From: Gemmatimonadaceae bacterium
Lineage (GTDB): Bacteria > Gemmatimonadota > Gemmatimonadetes > Gemmatimonadales > Gemmatimonadaceae
DNA: 60,702 nt
Assembly (NCBI GenBank): GCA_035544855.1
Contig: DASZZU010000060.1
Location: forward strand, 1-60,702
Reading direction: 5' to 3'
Made by a program: the position numbers and the translations under genes. Below the pieces are notes generated by a model that was given only the letters and a program-made list of their open reading frames with translations, made no database searches and had not been told where the DNA came from. How positions within the stretch are numbered: position 1 is the stretch's first letter; every line of letters begins with the position of its first letter. This document shows positions 19,179 to 29,202 of this stretch, in pieces.

Positions 19179-20903
19179 CTAGGGCGCCGTAGCTAGCTCT
19201 GGCTGAAATGCTTCTGATTGTCGTGTTGACCCAAGCATTTCCTCACGGGTTTCGAGTTGCGGCATCTCTGCATCCCAAAGTACGAGGCCGTGAATGCGCA
19301 TGTCGGCGCCGCGCAGACTGTCCACGGCTGTTTTCAATCCTCCAAGCGTTGTATGCGCGATTCTCGCACAGAGTATCACGTCGGGTGCGGGTATGATGCT
19401 GCTTACACTCCTTTGAACGTAGCTCGTCGGGGCGGCGATGATGATGAAATCATACCGGCGCTGCATTCGAGCGAGCTCTTTCTTGACTTCTTCGACCACA
19501 TTTGGCTCCGGTAAGCCCGAGCGCCGAGTTCCGCTCGGAAGCACGTCGAGTGGTCTGTCGCGGCCAATCGTGGTCGGCACAATGGCCTCAGGCCAGGTTG
19601 CGCTGCCGGTGATGATTCCAGAGAGGCCAGGATCTGGCCTGATCCGCAACACGCTCGCGACACTGCAAGTGGTCGGATCGACGTCGACGAGCAGTGTGCT
19701 CCTCGCCTCGTAAGCAGCGGAGGCAGCCAGGTTGGCCGCAACAGTCGCGACGATGCCTGGGTCGTCGCCCGTTATCGTGACGATAGGTACACTTGCCTCC
19801 ACCGATGCAATGTGGAGGTATAAAGTTCGGTAGCTCTCGGACACGACATCGATCAACGGCGGTGCTTCGACATCTGCCTGGCGGCGGCTTCGCTCCACTA
19901 CGACCTCCGGCGGCTTGATCACCGTGAGCACGCGTGCTCCACTGACCTGCTCCGCTTCACGCGGGTCAGCAATGTGCGGTCGCTTGAGCTCCGTTCCAAA
20001 TGACGCAGCGAATCCAACCGCCAGCGCGAGCACGACCGCTGCGGCGAGCATCGCCCAGGGCGGAGCGCCGACGTTGGAGAGCTCACGCGCCCGCGCAGAT
20101 TCACGATCGATGCGCGAGTTCTTGCTGCTGATCTGATCCACCTGCCGCGCGGCTACGGAGTAGCTCTGCTGAGCAGTCGCGCGCTGGGCAAGAAGTCTTG
20201 TAGTGTCCACCGTAATAGTGGGTTTCACTACCGGTGCCGGAGCCGGCCGGATCAATGCCAGCTTCCCTCTGATCTCTCCCCTCTTTGCATCCGCAACCGC
20301 CTGTATCGAACGACCGATTGCGTTAGCCCTCGACGTAAGGGCCAGATACACCGGATCGACCGTGCCTACAGCTCCAAACGCATTTCGATCGCGCTCGATG
20401 TCCGCGAGCGAGTCGAGGAGAACTCTTACCTTGGGATCTGCAGCAACCTCAGGCGATGCCGCCAGAGCCCGGTACGAGGTGGGAAGGGGAGCGTTCTCCG
20501 CACGATCGATCAATCGGTTAAGTGTCGCCAACTCGGCGCCGAGAGAATCGCGTTGTGCGCGCACAGCCGGAGGGAAGGTGTCGATGACTGGTGCCGGAAC
20601 GGGATTGGCTGCGCGACGTGCTGCATCCAATGCTGAATCGACAGCTGTGACCTCTGCCAGGTATCGATCTCTCGTTGCAACGGCGGGTGATGAATCGTTC
20701 TTGGCCTCAATCTGCGCCGCCACCGCTAATGCCTTTCGCGATGCGTTCCTCGGAACGAGCACGAAGGCAATCAAGGCGGCGATGAATACGACGCCTCCCA
20801 CGATCCCGAAGACGACGACCCGGCGCAGCGCATTTCTGGCACGCGCCGCCATCCAGAGATAGGCTGAGCCTCCGCTCATCCGTGCAATGCTATGAACGTT
20901 CAT
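19179..20903 (-). CDS. Wzc/CpsD-like membrane protein with degenerate tyrosine-kinase domain
   Basis: Two TM helices flanking a coiled region; SESYRTL, TLLVDVD, YDFIIIAAP. Walker A motif is missing. Confidence 0.7.
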   Translation of the reverse strand: MNVHSIARMSGGSAYLWMAARARNALRRVVVFGIVGGVVFIAALIAFVLVPRNASRKALAVAAQIEAKNDSSPAVATRDRYLAEVTAVDSALDAARRAANPVPAPVIDTFPPAVRAQRDSLGAELATLNRLIDRAENAPLPTSYRALAASPEVAADPKVRVLLDSLADIERDRNAFGAVGTVDPVYLALTSRANAIGRSIQAVADAKRGEIRGKLALIRPAPAPVVKPTITVDTTRLLAQRATAQQSYSVAARQVDQISSKNSRIDRESARARELSNVGAPPWAMLAAAVVLALAVGFAASFGTELKRPHIADPREAEQVSGARVLTVIKPPEVVVERSRRQADVEAPPLIDVVSESYRTLYLHIASVEASVPIVTITGDDPGIVATVAANLAASAAYEARSTLLVDVDPTTCSVASVLRIRPDPGLSGIITGSATWPEAIVPTTIGRDRPLDVLPSGTRRSGLPEPNVVEEVKKELARMQRRYDFIIIAAPTSYVQRSVSSIIPAPDVILCARIAHTTLGGLKTAVDSLRGADMRIHGLVLWDAEMPQLETREEMLGSTRQSEAFQPELATAP

Positions 20904-21038
20904 GATTCAAAGATTCACGGAGTAAGGTGCAACGCGACAGTCCGGTCTGGCTTGACGCCTGGACGGTGCTAAGGAACCCACACTTGTGTTCGTATCAACA
21001 ATACAATCTAAGCGCCGTCCGAGAAGCGGAGAATGACA

Positions 21039-21071
21039 CAAGAAAACGGCGAGAGCTCTCGCCCCCGCCGT
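21039..21071 (-). terminator. Intrinsic terminator of the blue copper gene
   Basis: ACGGCGGGGGC-GAGA-GCTCTCGCCGT followed by TTTCTTG. Confidence 0.75.
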
Positions 21072-21094
21072 CGCTTCTCTCCGCATCGAAAAAA

Positions 21095-21625
21095 CTACTG
21101 AACCGTGATTACGCCCTTCATGTTGAGCGCGAGGTGCGGAACACAGTGATAGGGGTATTGGCCGGGCTTGATCTTCCCGAAGGAAACCGTGATGGCCTCC
21201 CCCGGATTCATCTTCATGTTGCTCGAGAGCTCCCCCATCTTGTCGGTGCCCATGTTCGCATCGAGCTGAGCCCTGACATCAGCCGGGATCGTCGCCGGGT
21301 CGAAGGCAACGTTGTGCGGGGGGCCGCTCACAATTTCGAACTTGACGCCATCTCCCTGCTTGACCGTGAAATTCGCGGGCTCGAAGCGGTAGCCTTTCGC
21401 GTCGCCGATCATCTTCACTTCGTGAATCGTGCCCGTTATCGGGGCCATCGCCACCGTCCCTGTGGTCGTACTCCCAGGTGTTGTGGTTGTAGTAGTGGTA
21501 GTCGAAGCGGAGGAAGTCGACGTATCAACCGCAACGTGTGTCGTGTCAGCAGGCTTCTTCTCTCCACCTGCACAAGCGCCAAGCGCAATTACTCCAACAG
21601 CAACCGCGAATCCGTAAAACCGCAT
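21095..21625 (-). CDS. Plastocyanin/azurin-family blue copper lipoprotein
   Basis: Lipobox LGAC, Thr-rich linker, PHNV, YHCVPHLALNM (His-Cys-His-Met ligands). Confidence 0.9.
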   Translation of the reverse strand: MRFYGFAVAVGVIALGACAGGEKKPADTTHVAVDTSTSSASTTTTTTTTPGSTTTGTVAMAPITGTIHEVKMIGDAKGYRFEPANFTVKQGDGVKFEIVSGPPHNVAFDPATIPADVRAQLDANMGTDKMGELSSNMKMNPGEAITVSFGKIKPGQYPYHCVPHLALNMKGVITVQ

Positions 21626-21778
21626 CTTATGAGGCCTCCCAGAGCCGTACAGTAGTGCATAAATAACAGTAGACTTCCTTACAACAGAGATTGTGAATTT
21701 ATTCACAAGCTCCGCAACACGCAATCTTGCTACGCCTTCCCTTCTCATGATTCATGCCCTGAACGTCAGGTACGCCGG

Positions 21779-22492
21779 ATGATCGCAATTCCCGCACTCG
21801 ACCTGAGAGAGGCAGCTTGCGTCCAGCTCGCCGCCGACTCGTACGACAAGGAGTTGTTGCGCATCCCGGACCCGGTTGGCGTCGCCCGCGCCTGGCGACA
21901 GTACGGATTCCATCACCTTCACGTCGTTGACCTCGATGGAGTCGCCGGACGAGGACAAAACACCGCGGAAATTCAGGCAATTCTCGCCGCCACGGATGCG
22001 GAAGTTCAGGTCGGGGGAGGAATCAGAAGTCAGGGAGCCATTGATCGGATGTTGAACGACGGCGCTCAGCGCGTGGTGATCGGAACACGAGCGCTCGAAG
22101 ACCCTGACTGGCTCATCGATATGAGCACGGCCTTCCCTGGATGCATTGTCGTCGCTGCCGATGTTCGCGATCGACGAATCCTCTCCCACGGCTGGACTCG
22201 CACGCACTCGAAGCTGGTGCTCGACCTGGTCGAGGAGCTCAATGGCCTGCCGCTCGCGGGTGTCCTGGTGACGGCAGTACATCGCGAGGCAGCCATGCGC
22301 GGAACGGATCTACCGCTAATGGAAGACGTCGCGGAAGCAGCAGAATTTCCAGTTTTCGCTTCCGGCGGGCTGGGAAGTCTCAACGATCTTCGCGCTCTTG
22401 CGGATCGCGGGGTCGCCGCCGCGATAGTCGGTATGGCTCTCTACAGCGGTGCGATGGATCCTCGCGTCGTCGCCGAGGAGTTCGCGGAGTAG
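21779..22492 (+). CDS. hisA: ProFAR isomerase (HisA/PriA-like)
   Basis: IPALDL, LHVVDLDG, QVGGGIRS, ASGG. Confidence 0.85.
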   Translation: MIAIPALDLREAACVQLAADSYDKELLRIPDPVGVARAWRQYGFHHLHVVDLDGVAGRGQNTAEIQAILAATDAEVQVGGGIRSQGAIDRMLNDGAQRVVIGTRALEDPDWLIDMSTAFPGCIVVAADVRDRRILSHGWTRTHSKLVLDLVEELNGLPLAGVLVTAVHREAAMRGTDLPLMEDVAEAAEFPVFASGGLGSLNDLRALADRGVAAAIVGMALYSGAMDPRVVAEEFAE

Positions 22493-22531
22493 CCGAACGG
22501 CTCGCTGGCCCCCCGAGCTACGCCACCTCCG

Positions 22532-23794
22532 CTAGAACAAGCTGATCGTCTGCGGGTTTAGTTTGGATGGATCGCCCACGTACGCGAAACGAAATCCCTT
22601 CATGTACTTCCTCGCTACACGCTGGACAGCTTCGGGTGTGATGCTCTTCAGCTCGTCGACGAACCGATCCGCTTCGCGATAATCTCCCCCGTACAACTGA
22701 GATCGGGCAAGAAAATCAGCCTGAGCCGCATTTGTTTCGTTGTCCAGGAAGTACTCGGTGATGAATTGCTCTTCGAGCTGTTTTAGTCCGATCGGGTCGA
22801 GCATGCCCTGTTGAAGATCGACAATGGCGGCTCGCATCAGTTTAAGCGTCGTGTCGGGCGAAACTGTGGAGACGTAGAGTCCCCCAACTGTTGCCGCGCG
22901 GTCCACAAAAGGCGCGTGAACATCGTAGGTGAGGTTCTGGCGTGTTCGAATCTCAGCGAACATGCGCCCGGTTAAGACCGAAGTCGCTACTCTAAGGGCC
23001 TGATAGTCCTCTCCTTTTGCCAGCGGCCCACTGTAATAGCCAAGTATGTAGTTGGTGGGCAGCTGTCGGCGCGCGATCACAATCGCCGTTGGAGACTCGG
23101 GAACCCGGGGTGGAGCAGTCCAGGTATAGCTGCCCCGTGGAAGTTGTCCTATTGACTGGCTCACTAAACGCTCGATGTGAGCGCGGTCGATGTTGCCCAC
23201 GACGACGAGCAGCATTCGCGATGTGGCAAACTGTGTACGCTGATAATCGCGCAGCGTCGCCGAGTCGATTGCTTGAATTGACTTTTCGTTTCCGCCTACC
23301 GATACCGCATACGGATGTCCTACGAACGTGATGCTGTCGGCGAGAAGGTCGGCGAGCGCATCGGGGTCATCTCGCCGCTGTCTGATTCCAGAGAGGTATT
23401 GGGCTTTGACGACGCTTATCTCCGGCTTCGCCAGCGTCGGATGCATCACTCTGTCGGCAAAAATTGCCCACGTAGAATCGAAAACCTCGGCACTCGACCG
23501 AATCCCGAACATCGTCCAGTCCGCGCTCGGAGCGACCACGATCTCACTTCCAAGCCTCGACATCGCGCGGCGCAGTACGTTTTTCGGGTACCGCCGCGTA
23601 CCGCGCTCCGAAACATCGAGGAGGATTGGCTCAATCCCGGCGTTGGCCTCGGTAACCTGTCGCGCACCGCCGAGGAGGTAGAGGTTCACCGCGACGACGT
23701 TGTTCGCGTTGTTCTGGCGCAGAATTACATGCACGCCGGATACATCGAAGCTGGTGGTCAGCGCAGTCATTGCGAGAGCAATTGAAAGCAGCAT
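22532..23794 (-). CDS. M16 peptidase, non-catalytic subunit
   Basis: M16 fold without HxxEH; EIRTRQNLTY R/Y pair. Confidence 0.85.
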   Translation of the reverse strand: MLLSIALAMTALTTSFDVSGVHVILRQNNANNVVAVNLYLLGGARQVTEANAGIEPILLDVSERGTRRYPKNVLRRAMSRLGSEIVVAPSADWTMFGIRSSAEVFDSTWAIFADRVMHPTLAKPEISVVKAQYLSGIRQRRDDPDALADLLADSITFVGHPYAVSVGGNEKSIQAIDSATLRDYQRTQFATSRMLLVVVGNIDRAHIERLVSQSIGQLPRGSYTWTAPPRVPESPTAIVIARRQLPTNYILGYYSGPLAKGEDYQALRVATSVLTGRMFAEIRTRQNLTYDVHAPFVDRAATVGGLYVSTVSPDTTLKLMRAAIVDLQQGMLDPIGLKQLEEQFITEYFLDNETNAAQADFLARSQLYGGDYREADRFVDELKSITPEAVQRVARKYMKGFRFAYVGDPSKLNPQTISLF

Positions 23795-25194
23795 CAGCGT
23801 GCCCCCGCCATCACGAGATCTCCAGGAACGAGTTTCAAGGATTGCCGGGCGTCCGGCGGGATCAGAACCCCCGCAATATGCGGCTTACCCACGATGTATT
23901 TACGCGCATATGCTCGCAGATCCTCCAACGACTGTTGTGCCATGTAATCAACGTATCCCATGTAATACTCGAGGCTCGCCACGCTCCACCAGAAGCCGAG
24001 TGTGTGAGCGAATCCCGAAGCGCGTTCCCGGTCGAATGCCGACGTCACGGCTCGATGCGCCTTCACCGCCTCCAGCTCGTCTGAAGTGAAATAGCCGGGC
24101 GTGTCGAACTTGGCGATCTCCCCATAAAGCGCCGATAACGCTTGGCGGAGTTGCTCGGCTGAGGTCTGGCCACTGATAGTTATCGGGCCGGTATGGTTCA
24201 GCGTGTAATAGTTGACTCCGACAGCTTGCCACAACCCGCTGTCGACTAGCCTCTGCTGAAATTGTGACTGCGCATCGTTGAGCACATCAGAGAACACATC
24301 CGCGGCGTAGGTCGATTTCGGATCCTGTCCGACACTCGGACCCTGCCATTGAATCTGAACGGTCACCGCTCCCACCGGAGCTTCGACGACGACGCCCTCG
24401 CTTTTCTGAAGCGGTGGAATCGCGGGGATCGGGTCGGTCGTGAAAGGATCGGCGCCGCGATTCCATTGGCCCAGCTCTCGTTCGGCCAGAGCAAAAACCG
24501 TTGCGGGATTGACGTCGCCGGCAACGATTAGGGCGGAATTGTTCGGAACGTAGTACTTGTTCTGAATGGTGTGCATCTTTGCCGGCGTAGTAGTCAGAAC
24601 GATCTGCCGGTCACCGATGACGTCCTTTCTGCTGAAGCTGCCCGGATAGAGCTTTGCATCCATCTCACGGGATAGCGCGAAGAACGGACTCGACTCGTTT
24701 CTGTCGTATTCCCCGATTACCACCTGCCGCTCCCGTTCGAGCTCGTCCTGTCGGAAGAGTGGAGCACGCAGAGCTGTCGCCAGGAGATGTATTCCATCTC
24801 CCAGCTTTTCCGCCGGCACCGTCATGTAGTAGTTGACGCGTTCCTCGGCCGTAGTTCCATTGAAGACTGCACCCAGATCCGAGGCACGGTCCCAAAATTG
24901 ATTTGGGTCGGGATATGTCGAGTTTGCGCGGAAGAACATGTGCTCGTACATGTGAGCCAGCCCTTCGTATTCAGGCGACTGAGTGAACGATCCGTTCTTT
25001 ACATCGATCTCGATCGTCGCTAACGGAACGCCGTGGTTCTCGACAACGATTATCTCGAGGCCGTTCCCGAGAACTTTACGCTGAATGATCTTCTCCAGCT
25101 CCGCTCTCTGGGCCCTGGCTCCCATCGGCAGGAGCACGGATAGGAGAAACACGAGAGTAGCGCAGTAACGCAGGACACCTTTTCTTTCGGACAT
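23794..25194 (-). CDS. M16 zinc peptidase, catalytic subunit (start uncertain)
   Basis: GLAHMYEHMFF (HxxEH), YYVPNN. Confidence 0.9.
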   Translation of the reverse strand: MSERKGVLRYCATLVFLLSVLLPMGARAQRAELEKIIQRKVLGNGLEIIVVENHGVPLATIEIDVKNGSFTQSPEYEGLAHMYEHMFFRANSTYPDPNQFWDRASDLGAVFNGTTAEERVNYYMTVPAEKLGDGIHLLATALRAPLFRQDELERERQVVIGEYDRNESSPFFALSREMDAKLYPGSFSRKDVIGDRQIVLTTTPAKMHTIQNKYYVPNNSALIVAGDVNPATVFALAERELGQWNRGADPFTTDPIPAIPPLQKSEGVVVEAPVGAVTVQIQWQGPSVGQDPKSTYAADVFSDVLNDAQSQFQQRLVDSGLWQAVGVNYYTLNHTGPITISGQTSAEQLRQALSALYGEIAKFDTPGYFTSDELEAVKAHRAVTSAFDRERASGFAHTLGFWWSVASLEYYMGYVDYMAQQSLEDLRAYARKYIVGKPHIAGVLIPPDARQSLKLVPGDLVMAGAR

Positions 25195-26149
25195 GTCAGA
25201 TTCTGGGAAAGCCCGCTCGAACTCCTACGGGCAATTGATCGCTCGGCTCGACAGCACGAGACTCAAGCGCGATGAGCCACTTGCTCAATACACCACATTC
25301 AAGATCGGCGGTCCGGCCGATCTCTACTACGATGCAACATCGACCGAAGATCTGGCAGGGGCTGTCACTGCCGCCCGTGAACTCGGAATCGAATACTTCG
25401 TACTTGGGCTCGGTGCCAACATCCTCATCGGCGACAGAGGATTCCGGGGACTCATCATCCGGAATACTTCAAGCCATTTGAAGTTTTTCGACGATGGTAG
25501 ACTCTGGGTAGAGAGCGGGGCAGTGATGGCAAGGCTGATACCTCAGGCCGTCGAGCGCGAATGGTCGGGTCTGGAGCACTACGTCGGAATTCCCAGCACA
25601 GTCGGCGGAGCGGTCTGGCAAAACCTGCATTTCCTTTCGCCTGCCCCGGCGAGAGAGAGAACCATGTTCATCGCGGAAGTTTTCGAGTCGGCGGAGTTGC
25701 TGACACATGATGGCAGACGACAAACCGTCGACCGGGACTACATGCAGTTCGGTTACGATACCAGTACACTCCACAAACAGCGGGACATCGCGCTGGCAGT
25801 GACCTTCCAGCTCCAGCGGAGTGAGAAAGCGGTCATGCACCGCATCATGCAGGAAAATCTCAGCTGGCGCGGTGGCAAGCACCCATGGCTCGAGTATCAC
25901 CCAAGTGCCGGGTCGATCTTCAAGAAAATCGAAGGAGTCGGCGCCGGGCGGCTGATCGATGAAGTCGGACTGAAGGGTTTCCGCCACGGTGACGCGCAGA
26001 TCTCGCACATTCACGCGAACATCATGGTCAATCTGGGAAAGGCCACCGCAAAAAACGTTCGCGAGCTGATCGCCATCGCCCAGGAGAAAGTGCAACAGCG
26101 ATTTGGCCACCACTTGGAGGTTGAGATAGGGTTTATTGGCGAATTCTGA
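25193..26149 (+). CDS. murB: UDP-N-acetylmuramate dehydrogenase
   Basis: YTTFKIGGPAD, GIPSTVGGAV, SAGSIFK, HANIMVN, LEVE. Confidence 0.93.
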   Translation: MSDSGKARSNSYGQLIARLDSTRLKRDEPLAQYTTFKIGGPADLYYDATSTEDLAGAVTAARELGIEYFVLGLGANILIGDRGFRGLIIRNTSSHLKFFDDGRLWVESGAVMARLIPQAVEREWSGLEHYVGIPSTVGGAVWQNLHFLSPAPARERTMFIAEVFESAELLTHDGRRQTVDRDYMQFGYDTSTLHKQRDIALAVTFQLQRSEKAVMHRIMQENLSWRGGKHPWLEYHPSAGSIFKKIEGVGAGRLIDEVGLKGFRHGDAQISHIHANIMVNLGKATAKNVRELIAIAQEKVQQRFGHHLEVEIGFIGEF

Positions 26150-26155
26150 CCAGAA

Positions 26156-28108
26156 TCAGATCGCTGACAGCTGCTCAGCTCGCTCGGTTGCGTCGGTCCA
26201 TCTGTCGATAGCGTCATCCAGCTGCCGACGCGCTACATCGAGCTCCTTTCCTGCGAGCGCCGACTTCTCCATTCCCTCGCGATTCGTGTAGAGCTCCGGA
26301 TCTTCGAGAAGAGCGGTCAGCTCAGCTACTCGTCGCTCGAGCACAGCGACCTCTTTCTCGCACTTCTCGACTTTCTGCCTCACTTCGCGCAGCGCTGTCC
26401 GGCTCTCATCCCCTTTAACTTCGCGTCTTCGGGTTGTCTTGCGCTCCCTCACCCTCCGGAGCGCTTCCTGCTCCGCTGCGGCGACACTCGCGGCGTGCTC
26501 ACGCTCCCGACTTTGCTCCTCCCACTCTCCAAAGGATCCCGGGAAATCCGTCACATGGTGCTCATGAAGAACCCACACGCGCGAAGTCAGGGCTTCGAGC
26601 ATCGCGCGATCGTGACTCACCAGGAGAATTGTGCCTTCGTATCCCTCGAGCGCATCCTCGAGAGCCTCGACTGACTCGATGTCGAGATGGTTCGTCGGCT
26701 CATCGAGAAGGAGGAAGTTTGCCCGGCTGAGAACCATCATCGCGAGCGCTACGCGAGCCCTTTCTCCACCGGAAAGTGTGTCCGCGCGGCGTTGGGCCTC
26801 GTCTCCCGAAAAACCGAAACGAGCAAGATGACCCTGCACCTGACGCCGCTCCCAGTTTGGGCGCAGCTCGCTGATGACCTCGTAGAGCGTGCGGTCCACG
26901 GGGACCTGCGCCATGTCCTGCCGGTAGTAGCTGGGACGAACAGATCCTCCGAGACGCAGCTCTCCCGTCGAAATCTCGCGTTCCCCGATCAGGGCGCGCA
27001 GGAACGTGGATTTTCCACTTCCGTTTGGTCCCACAAAGCCAACAACTTCGCCACGCTGAATTGTGGCAGTCAGGTTTCGGATGAGGGTGCGCCCCTCCAC
27101 CCCCAGTGTGACGTCTCGCGCGACGACAACCTGGTCGCCGCCCCTCTCGGATACATCGAGCCTGAGACCCATCGCACTGGCTTCCTCTGCGGTCGGACCG
27201 CTGAGCCTGGGCATTCGAGTCAGACGCTTGCGCCGTCCCTTCGCTTGTTTCGAATTCTGGCCGGCGATATTGCGTCTGATATAGTCTTCTTCTTCAGCGA
27301 TGACCTTGCGCTGCTTGTCGGCGGCCCGTTGCTGACTCAGCCGCCGCTCCTCTCGCTGAGCGACGAATGACGGGTAGCTCCCCGTGTACGCCGTGGCTGT
27401 CCCGCCTTCGAGGTGAAGCACGTGATCCACGACGTTCGCGAGAAATGTCCGATCGTGGCTGATTAGCAGAATTGTCCTGTCCGTGTTGTTCAGATAATCT
27501 TCGAGCCACTTCGTCGTCTCGAGATCGAGGTGATTGGTCGGTTCATCGAGTAACAGAACGTCAGCCGCACTTACGAGCTGACGCGCTAAGCCGAGTCGGC
27601 CCTGTTCACCACCGCTCAATTGCGCCAGTGGTTGTGTCCGCGCTTTTTCCGCGTCGAACCCAAGGCCTTGAAGCACCGCGTCCACCCTCGGCGCGAACGT
27701 ATAGCCTCCCTCGCGATCGAATCGCTCAAGATCCCGATCGTACCTCGCCAGGAGCTGCGGCGGCGCGGCCTCGCCCGCTTGTGCAAGTGCGTTGGCTTGC
27801 TCCGCCAGCGAGTGTTCGAGCGCGAGAAGGTCGGCGAATTCTCCCGCTCCTGCTTCCCAGACGGTTTGCGCATCACCGAAATCGCGATGCTGCTCCAGGA
27901 GCGCCAGCCGCAGACCGGGCTGCTGCGTCACAACGCCCTCAGTCAGTTTCTGCGCTCCAGTAATCACGCGGAAAAGCGTTGTCTTCCCGCTTCCATTGCG
28001 GCCGAGGATTGCCCAACGGTCGCCCTTGCCGACCGTGAATGTCACACCTTTGAATATTCTCGTAGCGCCAAACTCGACCCCGGCGTTCGAAATCGAGATC
28101 TGTGTCAA
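26156..28108 (-). CDS. ABC-F family ATPase
   Basis: Two ABC cassettes (GRNGSGKT and GPNGSGKST; LSGGE twice; LDEPTNHLD twice), no TM helices, C-terminal coiled coil. TTG 28108 overlaps the upstream TGA. Confidence 0.93.
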   Translation of the reverse strand: MTQISISNAGVEFGATRIFKGVTFTVGKGDRWAILGRNGSGKTTLFRVITGAQKLTEGVVTQQPGLRLALLEQHRDFGDAQTVWEAGAGEFADLLALEHSLAEQANALAQAGEAAPPQLLARYDRDLERFDREGGYTFAPRVDAVLQGLGFDAEKARTQPLAQLSGGEQGRLGLARQLVSAADVLLLDEPTNHLDLETTKWLEDYLNNTDRTILLISHDRTFLANVVDHVLHLEGGTATAYTGSYPSFVAQREERRLSQQRAADKQRKVIAEEEDYIRRNIAGQNSKQAKGRRKRLTRMPRLSGPTAEEASAMGLRLDVSERGGDQVVVARDVTLGVEGRTLIRNLTATIQRGEVVGFVGPNGSGKSTFLRALIGEREISTGELRLGGSVRPSYYRQDMAQVPVDRTLYEVISELRPNWERRQVQGHLARFGFSGDEAQRRADTLSGGERARVALAMMVLSRANFLLLDEPTNHLDIESVEALEDALEGYEGTILLVSHDRAMLEALTSRVWVLHEHHVTDFPGSFGEWEEQSREREHAASVAAAEQEALRRVRERKTTRRREVKGDESRTALREVRQKVEKCEKEVAVLERRVAELTALLEDPELYTNREGMEKSALAGKELDVARRQLDDAIDRWTDATERAEQLSAI

Positions 28109-29202
28109 GAGCGGAGTACGCTCGAACACGCCGAGAGACAACGCTCCAGAGTTTCGAGAGTGTGATCACCCATGTGTCCGATCCGAAAGGTAGAGCTCTT
28201 GAGCTTCCCGTATCCGTTGCCGACAACAATCCCTCGTTTGGCGACCGCCGCAGTGAATGTCTCCGAGGGAAGATCGGTTGGGAGCCTGATGGTCGACACG
28301 GTCGGCGACTGGAATCCAAGGGGTGCGATGTTGACGAGCCGCTTCCCGGATTCATCGGAAATCTTCGCCAGCCATTCCTGTGTCCTGGCAGCCATTGCTT
28401 TGTGCCGGGCCCATCGAGCTTCGATGCCCTCGGTGGCGATGGACTTTAGCTGGAGCTCGAGCGCGTAGAAAAGCGACAGGGCCGGAGTGCTTGGAGTTTG
28501 ATTCCTCCGCGCGTAAGCATCGAGCTCCACCAGATCGAAATAAACTCCGCGCGCGGATACTGCATTCGCTTGATCGACGAACGACGGCGAAGCGGCGGCA
28601 AACGAGAGACCCGGCGGGAGCGCCAGAGCCTTCTGAGAGCCCGCCAGCACATAGTCAAGCTTCCATTCGTCAAACCGAAGATCCGCTCCAGCGAACCCGC
28701 TCACACTATCGACCAGGCAGACCGCACCGTGGCGATGAGCACAGTCAGAGATCGCCCGCACATCGTTCAACGCGCCCGTCGAGGTTTCTGAATGTACGAC
28801 CGTGATAGCGGTGTACTTTCGCATCGACAGTCTCTCGTCCAGCTGTGGTATGGTGTGTATCTGGCCCCAGGCGACCTCATACCGGTCGACATCGCGCGCA
28901 CACATCGAAGCTATGTGGGCGAACCGTTCCGAGAATGCGCCATTTACCAGGCTGAGAATGCGGCCCGCGGGCGCGCAACGGATCGCCGATTCCATCATTC
29001 CCGTTGCGGACGACGAGCTGATATAGACAGGACGCTCAGTCATAAACAGCGGTCGCAGTCCGTGTTGAAGACGCCCGAACAGCTGCTCGAACGCTGACCC
29101 ACGGTGCGGGATCATTGGTTGTGTCATGGCGGTCAGGATTTCCTGCCGAACTTCGGTTGGACCAGGAAGAAAGAAGGTGCCGAATGTCTTGTTCGTGCTC
29201 AT
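28105..29202 (-). CDS. Class V PLP aminotransferase (alanine-glyoxylate/serine-pyruvate type)
   Basis: LPGPT, HSETSTG, VDSVS, GSQKALALPPG, FRIGHMG. Confidence 0.92.
   Translation of the reverse strand: MSTNKTFGTFFLPGPTEVRQEILTAMTQPMIPHRGSAFEQLFGRLQHGLRPLFMTERPVYISSSSATGMMESAIRCAPAGRILSLVNGAFSERFAHIASMCARDVDRYEVAWGQIHTIPQLDERLSMRKYTAITVVHSETSTGALNDVRAISDCAHRHGAVCLVDSVSGFAGADLRFDEWKLDYVLAGSQKALALPPGLSFAAASPSFVDQANAVSARGVYFDLVELDAYARRNQTPSTPALSLFYALELQLKSIATEGIEARWARHKAMAARTQEWLAKISDESGKRLVNIAPLGFQSPTVSTIRLPTDLPSETFTAAVAKRGIVVGNGYGKLKSSTFRIGHMGDHTLETLERCLSACSSVLRS

Noticed and set aside
21478-21503. GTT/GTA/GTG trinucleotide run as DnaA-trios or a contingency repeat
   Set aside because: It consists of mixed Thr codons in the cupredoxin linker, with no DnaA boxes nearby.
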